Source: Candidatus Shapirobacteria bacterium (lineage in GTDB: Bacteria; Patescibacteriota; Microgenomatia; UBA12405). Taken from it: a stretch of DNA of 64,000 nt. Both the position numbers and the translations under genes were made by a program. The notes beneath the pieces were generated by a model. It saw only the letters and a program-made list of their open reading frames with translations. It was not told the DNA's origin and searched no databases. The stretch spans positions 693 to 64,692 of the forward strand of contig JAQWFB010000002.1 of NCBI GenBank assembly GCA_028704635.1, read 5' to 3'. This document shows, in pieces, positions 8,905 to 18,548 of the stretch. The first letter of the stretch is position 1. Every line of letters begins with the position of its first letter.

Positions 8905-10542
8905 TTATTCCGACACCATTGGCTTTTCTGATTTTCTTGGTACCACCGTATTTGACTCATCAAACCATTCCTTCAAAATATCTCCTACAATTGGTGCTGC
9001 CACATCCGACCCTTCACCACCTCTCTCTACTAAAACAGTAATTGAAATTTGTGGATCGTCCACTGGGGCAAAAGCTGTCAACCATGCTTGAGTATCTTTA
9101 CTCCCATCGCCCACTTCGGCTGTCCCGGTTTTACAGGCAATTTCAGTTTTAAAATTAAATAAAGGCCAAGCAGTTCCACCTGGTTTACAAGCTGCTTTCA
9201 TTCCTTCAATCACTGTTTTTACATTTTCTTTTTTAATTTTTAAATCTTCACATTCCACTTTTGAATCTTTTAAAATACTCATTTTACATTTTTTGCCTCC
9301 ATTAGCAATCACGTTTGTCATTTGATTTACTTGCAATGGTGTCACACTCAAATCTCCCTGACCAATTGATAAATGAATTGTATTTCCTAAAAACCAGTTT
9401 TCTCCCTTAACTTCTTTTTTCCATTTTTCATCTGGCACAATTCCTTCCAATTCTCCTGCCAGTTCTACTCCAGTTTTACTTCCATATCCATATTTTTTTG
9501 CCCAAGTATCGATTCTTTCCAAACCTAATCTTTCTCCTAAAGTATAAAAAAAGATATCATTTGATCTTTTAAGCGCTTTCACCACATCCACCATTCCATC
9601 AGTAATTCCACTCCAAGTTTTATAAGAATAATCGCCTACTTTAAAAACACCCGTATCTTCAATTTGAGTATCTTTATTTATTACTCCGCTCTCCAATCCA
9701 GCCGTCGCCATCACTATTTTAAACACTGACCCTGGGCTAAATCTTCCCGCAATTGCCCTATTCATTAACGGCAAATTTTTATTATCACCCAAATATTCTC
9801 CTATTTTACCTTGATTAACATCATAAGAAAAAACATTTGCATCAAAAGATGGACTTGAAACTATAGTAATTATTTTTCCTGTTTTCGGTTCGCTCATTAT
9901 TACCACTGCTTTTTTACCTCCAAGCATTTTATAAATTTTATCTTGCCAATAAGCATCTATTGATAGATTTAAATCAGGCGACACCATTGGTTCTTGTCTT
10001 CCCAATTCCCTAACATATTTTCCCTTAGCATCAACTTCAATTAATCTTCTTCCATCAGTTCCTCTAATTTGACAATCTAAAAAAGATTCTATTCCACTCC
10101 TTCCAACAACTTCATCATTATCCAATTTTATTCCACATTTATTTTCAATTTGATCATTTTCATTAACTTTACCCACATAACCAGTTATTAAAGACATCGA
10201 TTCACCATAAGGATAGTACCTTTTTAACTCATAAGCCAAATTTTCTTCCTCAAATTTATATCCTTGAAAATCACCTAAACTTTCATAAATTTTATTATTT
10301 CCGTCCATTTTAAAGTACTGATAAAGACTTTTTGCCACCAATCTTCCTTTTCTGTCTAAAATTGTTGTTCTTGCTGCCGGAATTTTTTTCTCCATCAATT
10401 TATTTTCCATTGCTAAATCTTTATAATAAGCACCTTTAATTACATCTAATTTAAAAATAGACACCAAAATAATTCCAAAACTCAGTATTAATCCAAATCT
10501 CAAAATCCAATATTTCCAAGAACCATCATCTATTTGATTCAT
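8905..10542 (-). CDS. mrdA: Penicillin-binding protein 2 / FtsI-type transpeptidase
   Basis: N-terminal TM. SxxK (SPGSVFK) and KTGTA motifs. Overlaps mreB stop. Confidence 0.8.
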   Translation of the reverse strand: MNQIDDGSWKYWILRFGLILSFGIILVSIFKLDVIKGAYYKDLAMENKLMEKKIPAARTTILDRKGRLVAKSLYQYFKMDGNNKIYESLGDFQGYKFEEENLAYELKRYYPYGESMSLITGYVGKVNENDQIENKCGIKLDNDEVVGRSGIESFLDCQIRGTDGRRLIEVDAKGKYVRELGRQEPMVSPDLNLSIDAYWQDKIYKMLGGKKAVVIMSEPKTGKIITIVSSPSFDANVFSYDVNQGKIGEYLGDNKNLPLMNRAIAGRFSPGSVFKIVMATAGLESGVINKDTQIEDTGVFKVGDYSYKTWSGITDGMVDVVKALKRSNDIFFYTLGERLGLERIDTWAKKYGYGSKTGVELAGELEGIVPDEKWKKEVKGENWFLGNTIHLSIGQGDLSVTPLQVNQMTNVIANGGKKCKMSILKDSKVECEDLKIKKENVKTVIEGMKAACKPGGTAWPLFNFKTEIACKTGTAEVGDGSKDTQAWLTAFAPVDDPQISITVLVERGGEGSDVAAPIVGDILKEWFDESNTVVPRKSEKPMVSE

Positions 10543-11651
10543 TCTTTCAATCCCGACACCAATTTAACTTGTTTAAGCATTTCTCTATTTTGAATCAATT
10601 CGCCACATCCCCTAACCACCATTATTCCCGGTTCTTCTAAAACTTTAGTAAATATTTTTGTTTCACTTTCAATCAACCCTGCTAGGCCTTTTATTTTCCC
10701 TCCATTTCCCACTAACACAATTCCTCTTTTTAAAATATCCTCCATTAACTCTGGTGGTGTTTCATCTAAAACTACTGACACTAATTTAACAATTTTAGCC
10801 AATTCCATCGTCATTGCCTCTTTAACTTCCATTTCTGTCAATTTAATTGTTTTTGGTAAACCAGTTTCCAAATCCCGACCTCTCACTAATGCTGTTTTTT
10901 TATCGCCATCCTTATTTGAAAAATTTCCAATTTCCATTTTAATTCTTTCTGCACTATTTTGGCCAATCAAAATTCCATATTTCATTTTCACATAATTAAC
11001 AATACTATTATCCAAATCATCTCCGGCTGTCTTAATTCCTCGACCCACCACTACTCCCCCCATTGAAACCACACTTACTTCAGTTTTCCCCCCACCCACA
11101 TCCACAATCACTAACCCAGAACAACTATCTACCGGCAAACCAATTCCAATCGCCGCCAAAACCACTTCCTCTAAAAGAATTACATCCTTAGCCCCAGCAT
11201 TTAAAAAAATTGATTTTACTGCCCTTTTTTGTACCTGATTAATTGAACTTGGCACCCCCACAATTACCCTCGGCTTAAAAACTTTAGGATATTTCGATGG
11301 AATTTCGTAAACCAATTTCAAATAATAAGAGATTAAGCTTTCCAATGCCTCAAAATCTGAAATCACCCCATTTTTAATCGGACTCACCACTTCAATTTGT
11401 TTTGGTTCTCGATTTAACATCTCTTTTGCTTTAAATCCAAAAGCAATTGGACCGCTTTGTTTTGTTCTTGGCGCCGACAAACCAGTCCATCTTTTCTTTT
11501 TTTGTCTAGCAATCATTGTTGGTTCATCCACAATCACTCCTCTATCTTTTAAATAAATCAAAGTATTACTACTTCCCAAATCCACTCCAATTTCCCAACT
11601 AAAATTAGCCACAATTTTATTAAATTTTTCTTTGATCCCAAATAACTTCAT
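10539..11651 (-). CDS. mreB: Rod shape-determining protein MreB
   Basis: Actin-fold motifs IGVDLGSSNT, DVGGGKTE. Confidence 0.9.
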   Translation of the reverse strand: MKLFGIKEKFNKIVANFSWEIGVDLGSSNTLIYLKDRGVIVDEPTMIARQKKKRWTGLSAPRTKQSGPIAFGFKAKEMLNREPKQIEVVSPIKNGVISDFEALESLISYYLKLVYEIPSKYPKVFKPRVIVGVPSSINQVQKRAVKSIFLNAGAKDVILLEEVVLAAIGIGLPVDSCSGLVIVDVGGGKTEVSVVSMGGVVVGRGIKTAGDDLDNSIVNYVKMKYGILIGQNSAERIKMEIGNFSNKDGDKKTALVRGRDLETGLPKTIKLTEMEVKEAMTMELAKIVKLVSVVLDETPPELMEDILKRGIVLVGNGGKIKGLAGLIESETKIFTKVLEEPGIMVVRGCGELIQNREMLKQVKLVSGLKE

Positions 11652-11669
11652 CTGTTAAAATTATACTCT

Positions 11670-13688
11670 ATGAAGTCCCTTACTAAGCCAATCCATTTTT
11701 TGTTTTTGGCTCTTGTTTTTTTTACTCCTTTTATTTTCACCCAATCAAATTCTGAGCTTTTTGAATTACCAAAAATGTATTTCGTTTATCTTTTAACCAC
11801 TTTAATAACTACCTTTCATTTAATTAATGTTATCCAAAAAAAAGCTCCTTTTCGCAAAAAAACCTTTTTAGATATTCCCATTCTTCTCTTTTTTATTTCC
11901 CAAGTAATTTCCACTTATTATTCCATTGACCCCCATACTTCTTTTTTCGGTTACTACTCTCGTCTTAATGGCGGTCTTTTATCATTGATTTGTTATCTTC
12001 TTCTCTATTTTATTTTATCCGTTTATATTGACTCAGATTTTAAAAATAAAATTATTAATTTTTCCCTACTTTCGGCATTTTTAGTTTCAATTTATGCCAT
12101 TGCCGAACATTTTGGTATTGATAAAAATTTATGGGTTCAAGACGTCCAATCACGAGTTTTTTCCACTCTTGGTCAACCAAATTGGCTCGCCGCTTATCTT
12201 TGTATTTTTATTCCCTTTTCTATTTTCAAATTTTTTGAATCAATTAAAATTGATTTTGATAAATCCAACAAATTGTACGGGCGAATCATGATTCGCCCCT
12301 ACCTATATTTAATATTAACTTTAATATTTTACATTTCTCTTCTTTTTACTAAATCCAAATCCGGTATCATCGCCTGCCTCATTTCTCTGGCTATTTATTT
12401 TGCAGTTTCTTTTTTTAAAAACAAACCCTTCAGGAAATTATTAATTCTTAATTATTCATTATTAATTATTCTTTCACTTTTAATCACCAATCCCATTAAA
12501 GATAGTTTTATTTCTTTTATAAAAACCAGACATATCGTACCTATAGTCGTAGAAGATAAAATTCCATCATCAAAAATCTTAATAACTTCTAGTGGTGATA
12601 TCCGCAAAATTGTTTGGACGGGAGCCATTGATCTTTGGAAAAAATTCCCCATTTTTGGCACCGGAGTTGAAACTTTCGCCTATTCCTATTACTGGACCCG
12701 CCCAGTCGAACACAACCTCACTTCTGAATGGGATTATCTCTACAACAAAGCCCACAATGAATATATTAATTATCTCGCCACCACCGGCACAGTCGGCTTT
12801 ACTACCTATTGCTTTTTCATCATCTCCGTTTTATTTTTCTCATTAAAGTCTCCCTTGTCAAAGGGAAATTTAGAGGGATTGAATTTAGTCGTCCTGGCCA
12901 GCTTTTCCAGCATATTAATAACTAATTTTGCCGGTTTTTCAGTTGTTACCACTTCGCTCTTCTTCTTTCTTCTCCCCACCCTTTTAAATCCAGATCAGGA
13001 AATTAAAGTAGAGACGTTGCATACAACGTCTCTACGTAAATTTTTAGTTATCCCAATAATTATCATCAGTTTATTCCTAATTAAAAAAACAATTTTCTTT
13101 TACATCGCCGACATCGCCTACAATCAATCCGAAAAATACGATTCTCAAAATGATTATCAAACTGCTCTTTCTTTCGCTCAAACTAGCCATCAACTAAATC
13201 CAAGCGAACCGCTCTACATTGACAAATTAGCCACTATTTACTCAAAAATTGCTCTAAACACCGGCAAACAAGAATATATCGACCAAGCCATCGATTATTC
13301 CGATCTAACCATAAAAATCTCCCCTGCCAACATTAATTTTTGGAAACAACGCGCCCAAGATTATCTTTACCTCTCCGGCATTGATACTAAATATTTCTCT
13401 GTTTCTATCACCGCTCTAACCAACGCCGCCAGTCTCGCTCCCACTGATCCTAAAATTTTCTATTCCCTTGGCCAATTTTTAGAAACAGCCAGTCTTACAG
13501 ACCAAGCCATTCCTTATTACCAAAAAGCCATTGAATTAAAATCAAATTATGATTATGCCTATTTCGCTCTCGGCAAAATTTATCTTTCCAAAAAAGAAAA
13601 AGCGTTAGCCAAAGAAAATCTCCAAAAAACCATTGATTATTCCTATCCCACCAACACTGAAGCAGAAAAATTACTGAAAAGTCTTTAA
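11670..13688 (+). CDS. O-antigen ligase (Wzy_C) family polytopic membrane protein fused to C-terminal TPR repeats. Contains three in-frame short repeat insertions
   Basis: Multiple TM helices, NEYINYLATTG-type Wzy_C loop. C-terminal TPR-like (AIPYYQKAIELKSNYDYAYFALGKIY). Confidence 0.75.
   Translation: MKSLTKPIHFLFLALVFFTPFIFTQSNSELFELPKMYFVYLLTTLITTFHLINVIQKKAPFRKKTFLDIPILLFFISQVISTYYSIDPHTSFFGYYSRLNGGLLSLICYLLLYFILSVYIDSDFKNKIINFSLLSAFLVSIYAIAEHFGIDKNLWVQDVQSRVFSTLGQPNWLAAYLCIFIPFSIFKFFESIKIDFDKSNKLYGRIMIRPYLYLILTLIFYISLLFTKSKSGIIACLISLAIYFAVSFFKNKPFRKLLILNYSLLIILSLLITNPIKDSFISFIKTRHIVPIVVEDKIPSSKILITSSGDIRKIVWTGAIDLWKKFPIFGTGVETFAYSYYWTRPVEHNLTSEWDYLYNKAHNEYINYLATTGTVGFTTYCFFIISVLFFSLKSPLSKGNLEGLNLVVLASFSSILITNFAGFSVVTTSLFFFLLPTLLNPDQEIKVETLHTTSLRKFLVIPIIIISLFLIKKTIFFYIADIAYNQSEKYDSQNDYQTALSFAQTSHQLNPSEPLYIDKLATIYSKIALNTGKQEYIDQAIDYSDLTIKISPANINFWKQRAQDYLYLSGIDTKYFSVSITALTNAASLAPTDPKIFYSLGQFLETASLTDQAIPYYQKAIELKSNYDYAYFALGKIYLSKKEKALAKENLQKTIDYSYPTNTEAEKLLKSL
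12275..12303 (-). repeat. REP-like GC-rich palindrome copy (ggtaggggcgaatcatgattcgcccgtac), inserted in-frame in the ligase gene (encodes YGRIMIRPY)
   Basis: Identical core to 59094-59117 and near-identical to 59011-59035 and 23783-23808. Confidence 0.8.
12847..12880 (+). repeat. Short repeat agtctcccttgtcaaaggga..agagggatt, in-frame inside ligase gene. Second copy at 48531-48589
   Basis: 20/20 identical core plus shared agagggatt tail seen directly. Confidence 0.7.
13008..13035 (+). repeat. Palindrome gtagagacgttg-cata-caacgtctctac in-frame inside ligase gene (encodes KVETLHTTSLR). Related copy at 37540-37569
   Basis: 12-bp perfect inverted arms. Shares 11-nt arm with 37540 copy. Confidence 0.75.
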
Positions 13689-14234
13689 ATTTTGTTCTAA
13701 CATTTTTCCTTTAACTTCTTTAAAAAGTTTTCCGCCGTCTTTTTTTACATGATCAATAAAAACTATACCATCTAAATGATCTGACTCATGTTGCCACACA
13801 ATTGCCTCAAACCCACTCAAACTTTTATATTTTCTTTTTAAGTTCTGCTTTGCAGGATCGATCTCATCCCAACTTACATCAATTTCTAAAAATCTTTTTA
13901 CCGTTCCAAAATATTTTGGAAAAGATAAGCATCCTTCCAAAAAATCTTCCTCCTTTTTATTTTCACCCACAATTTTTGGATAAACTTTTCCACCATAACT
14001 TTTTTCAACTTTTGGATTAATAAAAATTGAAGGCTCTCCATTAGACAGTTCTTTACTTCCAAAAAATCTTTTATTCACTCCAATTTGAGGCGCCGCCAAA
14101 CCTGCTGCATTTTCTCCATTTTTCAGTATTTTTTTTAAATCATTCATTTCTTCCAACAACCTTTTGTCTATATTTTCGACATCTTTTGTTTTTTGTCTCA
14201 ATATCTCTGCCGGATAAATCACAATTTTTCTCAT
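13671..14234 (-). CDS. def: Peptide deformylase
   Basis: GLAAPQIG, EGCLSFP, HESDHLDG motifs. Confidence 0.85.
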   Translation of the reverse strand: MRKIVIYPAEILRQKTKDVENIDKRLLEEMNDLKKILKNGENAAGLAAPQIGVNKRFFGSKELSNGEPSIFINPKVEKSYGGKVYPKIVGENKKEEDFLEGCLSFPKYFGTVKRFLEIDVSWDEIDPAKQNLKRKYKSLSGFEAIVWQHESDHLDGIVFIDHVKKDGGKLFKEVKGKMLEQNLKTFQ

Positions 14235-14288
14235 ACGCTATTTTATCAAATTAACTTTATAAACTTGACGAACTTGATAAACTTACTC

Positions 14289-15167
14289 ATGGTTAATCTC
14301 ATTTTCTTCGGCTCATCAGAATATTCTCTTATTATTCTTAAAAAAATTCTTGAAATTAAAGACTTTAATTTATTGGCCATCGTCACTAAACCAGACAAGG
14401 CTGCCGGTCGAAATCAAGAAATAACTGCCAATCCTGTGGCCGATTTCGCTCGCCAAAATAATTTAGATCTTCTTCAACCTCAAGATTTTGATCAAGAATT
14501 TATTAACAAATTTAAAGAATTAAAACCAGATCTTGTTATCGTCGTCGCCTATGGCCCCCCCTATTTCAATCAAGAAATGATTGACACTCCCCAATTTAAA
14601 GTTGTAAATATTCATCCATCTCCATTACCAAAATATCGCGGTGCCACCCCCGGCCCTTGGCAAATTATCAATGGTGAAACTAAAACAGCTGTTTCTTTTT
14701 TTCAAATCGATGCTCTTCCTGATCATGGCCCCATCATTTCTCAAATTCCTTTTGACATCAGTCCTATCGAAACCGCCACCAGCTTTTATCAAAAAGCTTT
14801 TAACCTCGCCGCCAATAATCTAGAGACAGTTATTAAAAAATATATCTACGATCTACAATCTACAACCCACTCTCTAATCCCGCAGGATCACACCCAAAAA
14901 ACCTATTTCCCAAAATTTACCAAAGACAGTGCTCAAATTGATTGGTCTTGGGATATTTCTAAAATTGAACGTTTTATCAGAGCTCTCAACCCTTGGCCAA
15001 TTGCCTGGACTTTTGTCACTAATCAACAATCTCAAAAAATCAAAATGAAAATACTATCCGCCTCAACCACTAATCAACAATTAATTCCCAACACTGTCCA
15101 AATCGAAGGTAAAAAAATCGTCAACTGGTCCGAAATTTGCAAATATTACACTATAAATAAAAACTAA
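14289..15167 (+). CDS. fmt: Methionyl-tRNA formyltransferase (start moved to internal ATG 14289 to avoid overlap with def)
   Basis: Formyl-transferase N-domain IFFGSS...VNIHPSPLPKYRGATP. def-fmt pairing. Confidence 0.85.
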   Translation: MVNLIFFGSSEYSLIILKKILEIKDFNLLAIVTKPDKAAGRNQEITANPVADFARQNNLDLLQPQDFDQEFINKFKELKPDLVIVVAYGPPYFNQEMIDTPQFKVVNIHPSPLPKYRGATPGPWQIINGETKTAVSFFQIDALPDHGPIISQIPFDISPIETATSFYQKAFNLAANNLETVIKKYIYDLQSTTHSLIPQDHTQKTYFPKFTKDSAQIDWSWDISKIERFIRALNPWPIAWTFVTNQQSQKIKMKILSASTTNQQLIPNTVQIEGKKIVNWSEICKYYTINKN

Positions 15168-15267
15168 TTATTAAGAATAAATTAAAAAAATTTTGCCTAT
15201 AAATAGGACTTTCCTTTTTTGACATTTTTTTTAAATCCTTTTTAATTAAATTAAGGAGGTAAAAAAT

Positions 15268-15375
15268 ATGCCAGTCAAAAAACCAGCTAAAAAAGTCGCC
15301 AAAAAAGCTGTCAAAAAGCCAGCTAAAAAAGTGGTCGCCAAGAAAAAAGTGGCTAAAAAAGCCAAGAAGAAATAA
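15268..15375 (+). CDS. Tiny Lys/Ala/Pro-rich basic protein (35 aa, MPVKKPAKKVAKK...), histone-H1/Hc1-like. Not in ORF track
   Basis: Canonical SD aaggaggt 7 nt upstream. Followed by terminator. Paralog at 59936-60031. Confidence 0.5.
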   Translation: MPVKKPAKKVAKKAVKKPAKKVVAKKKVAKKAKKK

Positions 15376-15392
15376 GTGAAAATTTCTAACTA

Positions 15393-15424
15393 AAAACGGT
15401 GCTTATTTAAGTGCCGTTTTTTGT
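15393..15424. terminator. Bidirectional intrinsic terminator between convergent small gene and rpmB (overlaps rpmB 3' end)
   Basis: aaaacgg..ccgtttt stem with T-runs on both strands. Confidence 0.5.
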
Positions 15425-15609
15425 TCTTTAGTTTCTTTTTTGAGTCTTTTCAAACACTTGGTACAAAAACTACCGCTGATTTTATCTTCACCCACCGTCA
15501 AAGTAACCTTTTGGATATTAGCCATAAAAGTTCTTGGTGTTCTATTTTGGGCATGAGATCGGTTTTGACCAATCTTGGTTCCCTTTTTACATAAACTGCA
15601 TGTTCTCAT
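15403..15609 (-). CDS. rpmB: 50S ribosomal protein L28 (start at MRTCSLC)
   Basis: L28 signature CxxC...NRSHAQNRTPRTF. Confidence 0.8.
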   Translation of the reverse strand: MRTCSLCKKGTKIGQNRSHAQNRTPRTFMANIQKVTLTVGEDKISGSFCTKCLKRLKKETKEQKTALK

Positions 15610-15647
15610 AGTAAGGTATAATATCAAAACAAACTATTTTTTGAAAT

Positions 15648-16250
15648 ATGATAAATTTTCTTTCCTTTTTAGTCTTAATTATTAGTATTACTATTCATGA
15701 ATTTTGCCATGCCCTAGCTGCTGATCGTCTTGGTGATCCTACCCCTCGTTCTCTTGGTCGATTAACACTTAACCCCCTCGCTCATGCCGACCCTATTGGT
15801 ACTATTTTTCTACCTTTATTAAGTGTTTTTACTGGATTTCCTACCATTGGTTGGGCTAAACCAGTTGTTATTGATCCTTATAATTTCAAGAATCCCAAAA
15901 AAGATGAAATAATAGTTTCTGTCGCTGGCCCTGCTGGAAATATTTTGCTCGCACTTTTTGCTTCCCTTCTTCTAAAATTTTTAGGGGTTCAAAGTGTTTT
16001 GCTTTACCTCTTAGTCTTAATAAATATTTCTTTAGCCGTTTTTAATCTTTTACCAATTCCACCTCTCGATGGTTCCAAAATTTTTCTGAATTTACTTCCC
16101 GAAGAAAAATCCGTTCAATGGCAAGAGGCCTTTGACCGTTACGGATTCATTCTTTTAATTGTTTTAGTCTTTCTTCCTGTTGGTGGTAGCTCAATTTTTC
16201 AAATAATTTTGTCGCCAATTATCGCTTTTGCTTTAAAGTTACTTACTTAA
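15648..16250 (+). CDS. Small M50-family (site-2 protease-like) membrane metallopeptidase
   Basis: HEFCHALAA zinc motif in TM1, LDGS motif, 200 aa. Confidence 0.7.
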   Translation: MINFLSFLVLIISITIHEFCHALAADRLGDPTPRSLGRLTLNPLAHADPIGTIFLPLLSVFTGFPTIGWAKPVVIDPYNFKNPKKDEIIVSVAGPAGNILLALFASLLLKFLGVQSVLLYLLVLINISLAVFNLLPIPPLDGSKIFLNLLPEEKSVQWQEAFDRYGFILLIVLVFLPVGGSSIFQIILSPIIAFALKLLT

Positions 16251-16466
16251 TCTTTTATTTAAATCTTCCACCATTTTTTCTATTTGGTCATCAGTCATTC
16301 CATGCACCAATGCTCCCTGTTCCAAAGTTTCCATTGATGCCGCCATACAACCAACACAATGAAATCCATATTCTTCAGTTAATACTGAGGCCAAATCTGA
16401 ATTTTGCTCCACTAAATCTAAAATTAAAATATCTTTGGTAATTTTTACTTTTTGTTTCATAGCCAA
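16239..16466 (-). CDS. DUF1858 / hybrid-cluster-protein-associated redox disulfide domain protein
   Basis: 75 aa with CVGC motif (YGFHCVGCMAASMETLEQGA). Confidence 0.6.
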   Translation of the reverse strand: MAMKQKVKITKDILILDLVEQNSDLASVLTEEYGFHCVGCMAASMETLEQGALVHGMTDDQIEKMVEDLNKRLSK

Positions 16467-16652
16467 GATTATATCAAAAATGTTAAAATTAACTGTCCTA
16501 CCAAAAGCAGTACTTTAAGAAGGTGTTTTTTCTAACTAACCATCTTAAATGGGAAGCGTTGTTTTTAGGGTTTGCGCCCTAAAATAGTTTTCCACCACGT
16601 ATTTTTAGCGTGGAAAAGCCATTATTAAAGAAAACTTTTGGTGGGGCTTTCT

Positions 16653-17801
16653 TTATTCCAAATCTTTTTTCACTCTTTCTAAAATTATTTTAAGACTTTT
16701 TTCATTGTTCAGAGCTTCTTCTTTAATTGTTTCTTTAAATTTTTTTTCAAAATATTTTGGATCATCCAAATATTGATTCAGAAATTTAACCAATTCGTCA
16801 CTTTTTTCTTTTATCCAACCCAATTTCTTCTTTTTAATCAAATCAATATTTCCATCTTCCTGACCTCCAATATGAGTAATTGCCACAAATGGTTTCTGGC
16901 AAGCCACACTATCAAACAAAAAATTAGGACCGGCTTTTCCAAAAACAATATCTGATGCTCCCAAGACTTCAACCATATTATCAATCCATCCCATATTCTT
17001 GATAATAACCACATTATCTCTTCTCAGTTTAGTCAAAATTTTACTATATTTTTCCACCAAATTATAAGAAAATTTATCCACCCCAGTGTTAATTACAAAA
17101 GTTACCTTACTTTTAAGAAAAATCAAAGCTGGTAATAATTTTGGCAAAGCACTTGTTCCTAAACTTCCCCCACCAACAAAAATCACTGGCCTATCATTTT
17201 TAATCCCCAATTTTTTTCTAATTTCTTTTTTATCAATTTTTTTATACATTTCCGGTCTCACCCACCAACCAGTTTTCAAAATTTCATTTTTCTTAATATC
17301 ATATTTCAAAGCCAATTTTTCTCCAATCTCATCATAAACTATATTTAAATCACAACCTTTAACAAACGAAATTGGATTAATTGTCCACGGATCAGCCACT
17401 ATTGTCCACAATTTAAACTGTTTATTTTCTTCTTTTCTCCAATCAGCCAAACTATGAGAATGGAAAAAATAAGCTGAAATTATTAAATCTGGATTTATTT
17501 TATTAACTTCCTTTTTTAATCTCGGCAAATTGAAAATTGTACTTTTTCGCATTAGATCCCTGGCAAATTTAATATCAAAAACTTTCGCTGCCCATCGATT
17601 AGACACTGGTAGATATCGATAGGCAAAAGTATACAAATCATCAGCCACTCCTATTTCTGCCTTAACTTCGGCATAAAAAACTTCAAAATCATTATCTTTT
17701 TCATACCCCTTAAGAAAATTAAAAATTGCCTTAGCTATCGATCTATGTCCCCATGGCATATGATCAGTTAATACTAAAATCTTTTTCTTTTGCATGTTCA
17801 T
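16653..17801 (-). CDS. Glycosyltransferase, MGDG-synthase/UgtP-like (GT28-type N-domain plus GT-B C-domain)
   Basis: KILVLTDHMPWGHRSIAKAI N-terminus. GGGSLGTSALP nucleotide-sugar loop. Confidence 0.65.
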   Translation of the reverse strand: MNMQKKKILVLTDHMPWGHRSIAKAIFNFLKGYEKDNDFEVFYAEVKAEIGVADDLYTFAYRYLPVSNRWAAKVFDIKFARDLMRKSTIFNLPRLKKEVNKINPDLIISAYFFHSHSLADWRKEENKQFKLWTIVADPWTINPISFVKGCDLNIVYDEIGEKLALKYDIKKNEILKTGWWVRPEMYKKIDKKEIRKKLGIKNDRPVIFVGGGSLGTSALPKLLPALIFLKSKVTFVINTGVDKFSYNLVEKYSKILTKLRRDNVVIIKNMGWIDNMVEVLGASDIVFGKAGPNFLFDSVACQKPFVAITHIGGQEDGNIDLIKKKKLGWIKEKSDELVKFLNQYLDDPKYFEKKFKETIKEEALNNEKSLKIILERVKKDLE

Positions 17802-17804
17802 ATT

Positions 17805-18227
17805 TTACCTTAATTTTTTTCTTTTACCTCTACCATTACCTTTATTCAAACCTTTATAATTTGAAGTCAAACTATGGCAATTCGGACATAAAAGCCTTAA
17901 ATTAGTAATTTCGTTATTTTTAAAATTACCATCAAGATGATCGACTTCTAATGGTGTTTTACCTGTGGTTTTATTTATTTCTCCCCAACCACAAAGAACA
18001 CATTTATTATTAAATAATTTAAACAAATATTGTCTGGCCCATGGTCTTAATAAACCATTTGTATTTATAGGATTATCTTTTCCGCTCAACCACTTTTTAA
18101 CCTCTTCTTTTGTTTGAAAATCTTTTTGACAAATCACTGAACAATATATCTTAAAACTCGAATAACAAGGAAAAAATTCCTTCTCACAATTTTTACACTT
18201 CACCTTATTCTTACTTCTGTGTAACAT
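17805..18227 (-). CDS. HNH endonuclease
   Basis: N-terminal zinc ribbon CKNCEK. HNH core EVDHLDGN...NLRLLCPNCH. Confidence 0.75.
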   Translation of the reverse strand: MLHRSKNKVKCKNCEKEFFPCYSSFKIYCSVICQKDFQTKEEVKKWLSGKDNPINTNGLLRPWARQYLFKLFNNKCVLCGWGEINKTTGKTPLEVDHLDGNFKNNEITNLRLLCPNCHSLTSNYKGLNKGNGRGKRKKLR

Positions 18228-18269
18228 ACAAAAAAATCAAATATAATTGTTATAATATATCACTTATTA

Positions 18270-18342
18270 GCCTGAGTAGCTCAGTCGGTAGAGCAACTCT
18301 CTTGTAAAGAGTAGGTCGTGAGTTCGAATCCCACCTCAGGCT
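18270..18342 (+). tRNA. tRNA-Thr (anticodon TGT)
   Basis: Cloverleaf folded by hand: acceptor GCCTGAG, anticodon loop CTTGTAA, T-loop TTCGAAT. Confidence 0.85.
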
Positions 18343-18377
18343 CATTTTTTATTAATATTTTGGTAAAATATCAGCAC

Positions 18378-18450
18378 GCCCGGATAGCTCAGTTGGTAGA
18401 GCATCCCCTTGGTAAGGGGAAGGTCATGAATTCGAGTTTCATTCCGGGCT
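18378..18450 (+). tRNA. tRNA-Thr (anticodon GGT)
   Basis: Acceptor GCCCGGA/TCCGGGC, anticodon loop TTGGTAA. Confidence 0.85.
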
Positions 18451-18548
18451 CAATACAGTTATAAAGTTTGTCAAGTTTTTAAAGTTGTAAAGTTGTTTTA
18501 AATTTTAGCTTGATGAACTTGATAAACTTTTGACTTTATAAACTCAAT

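Noticed and set aside
14193-14288. Upstream extension of fmt overlapping def
   Set aside because: Would overlap def by about 40 nt in antisense. Fmt homology begins at IFFGSS, immediately after ATG 14289.
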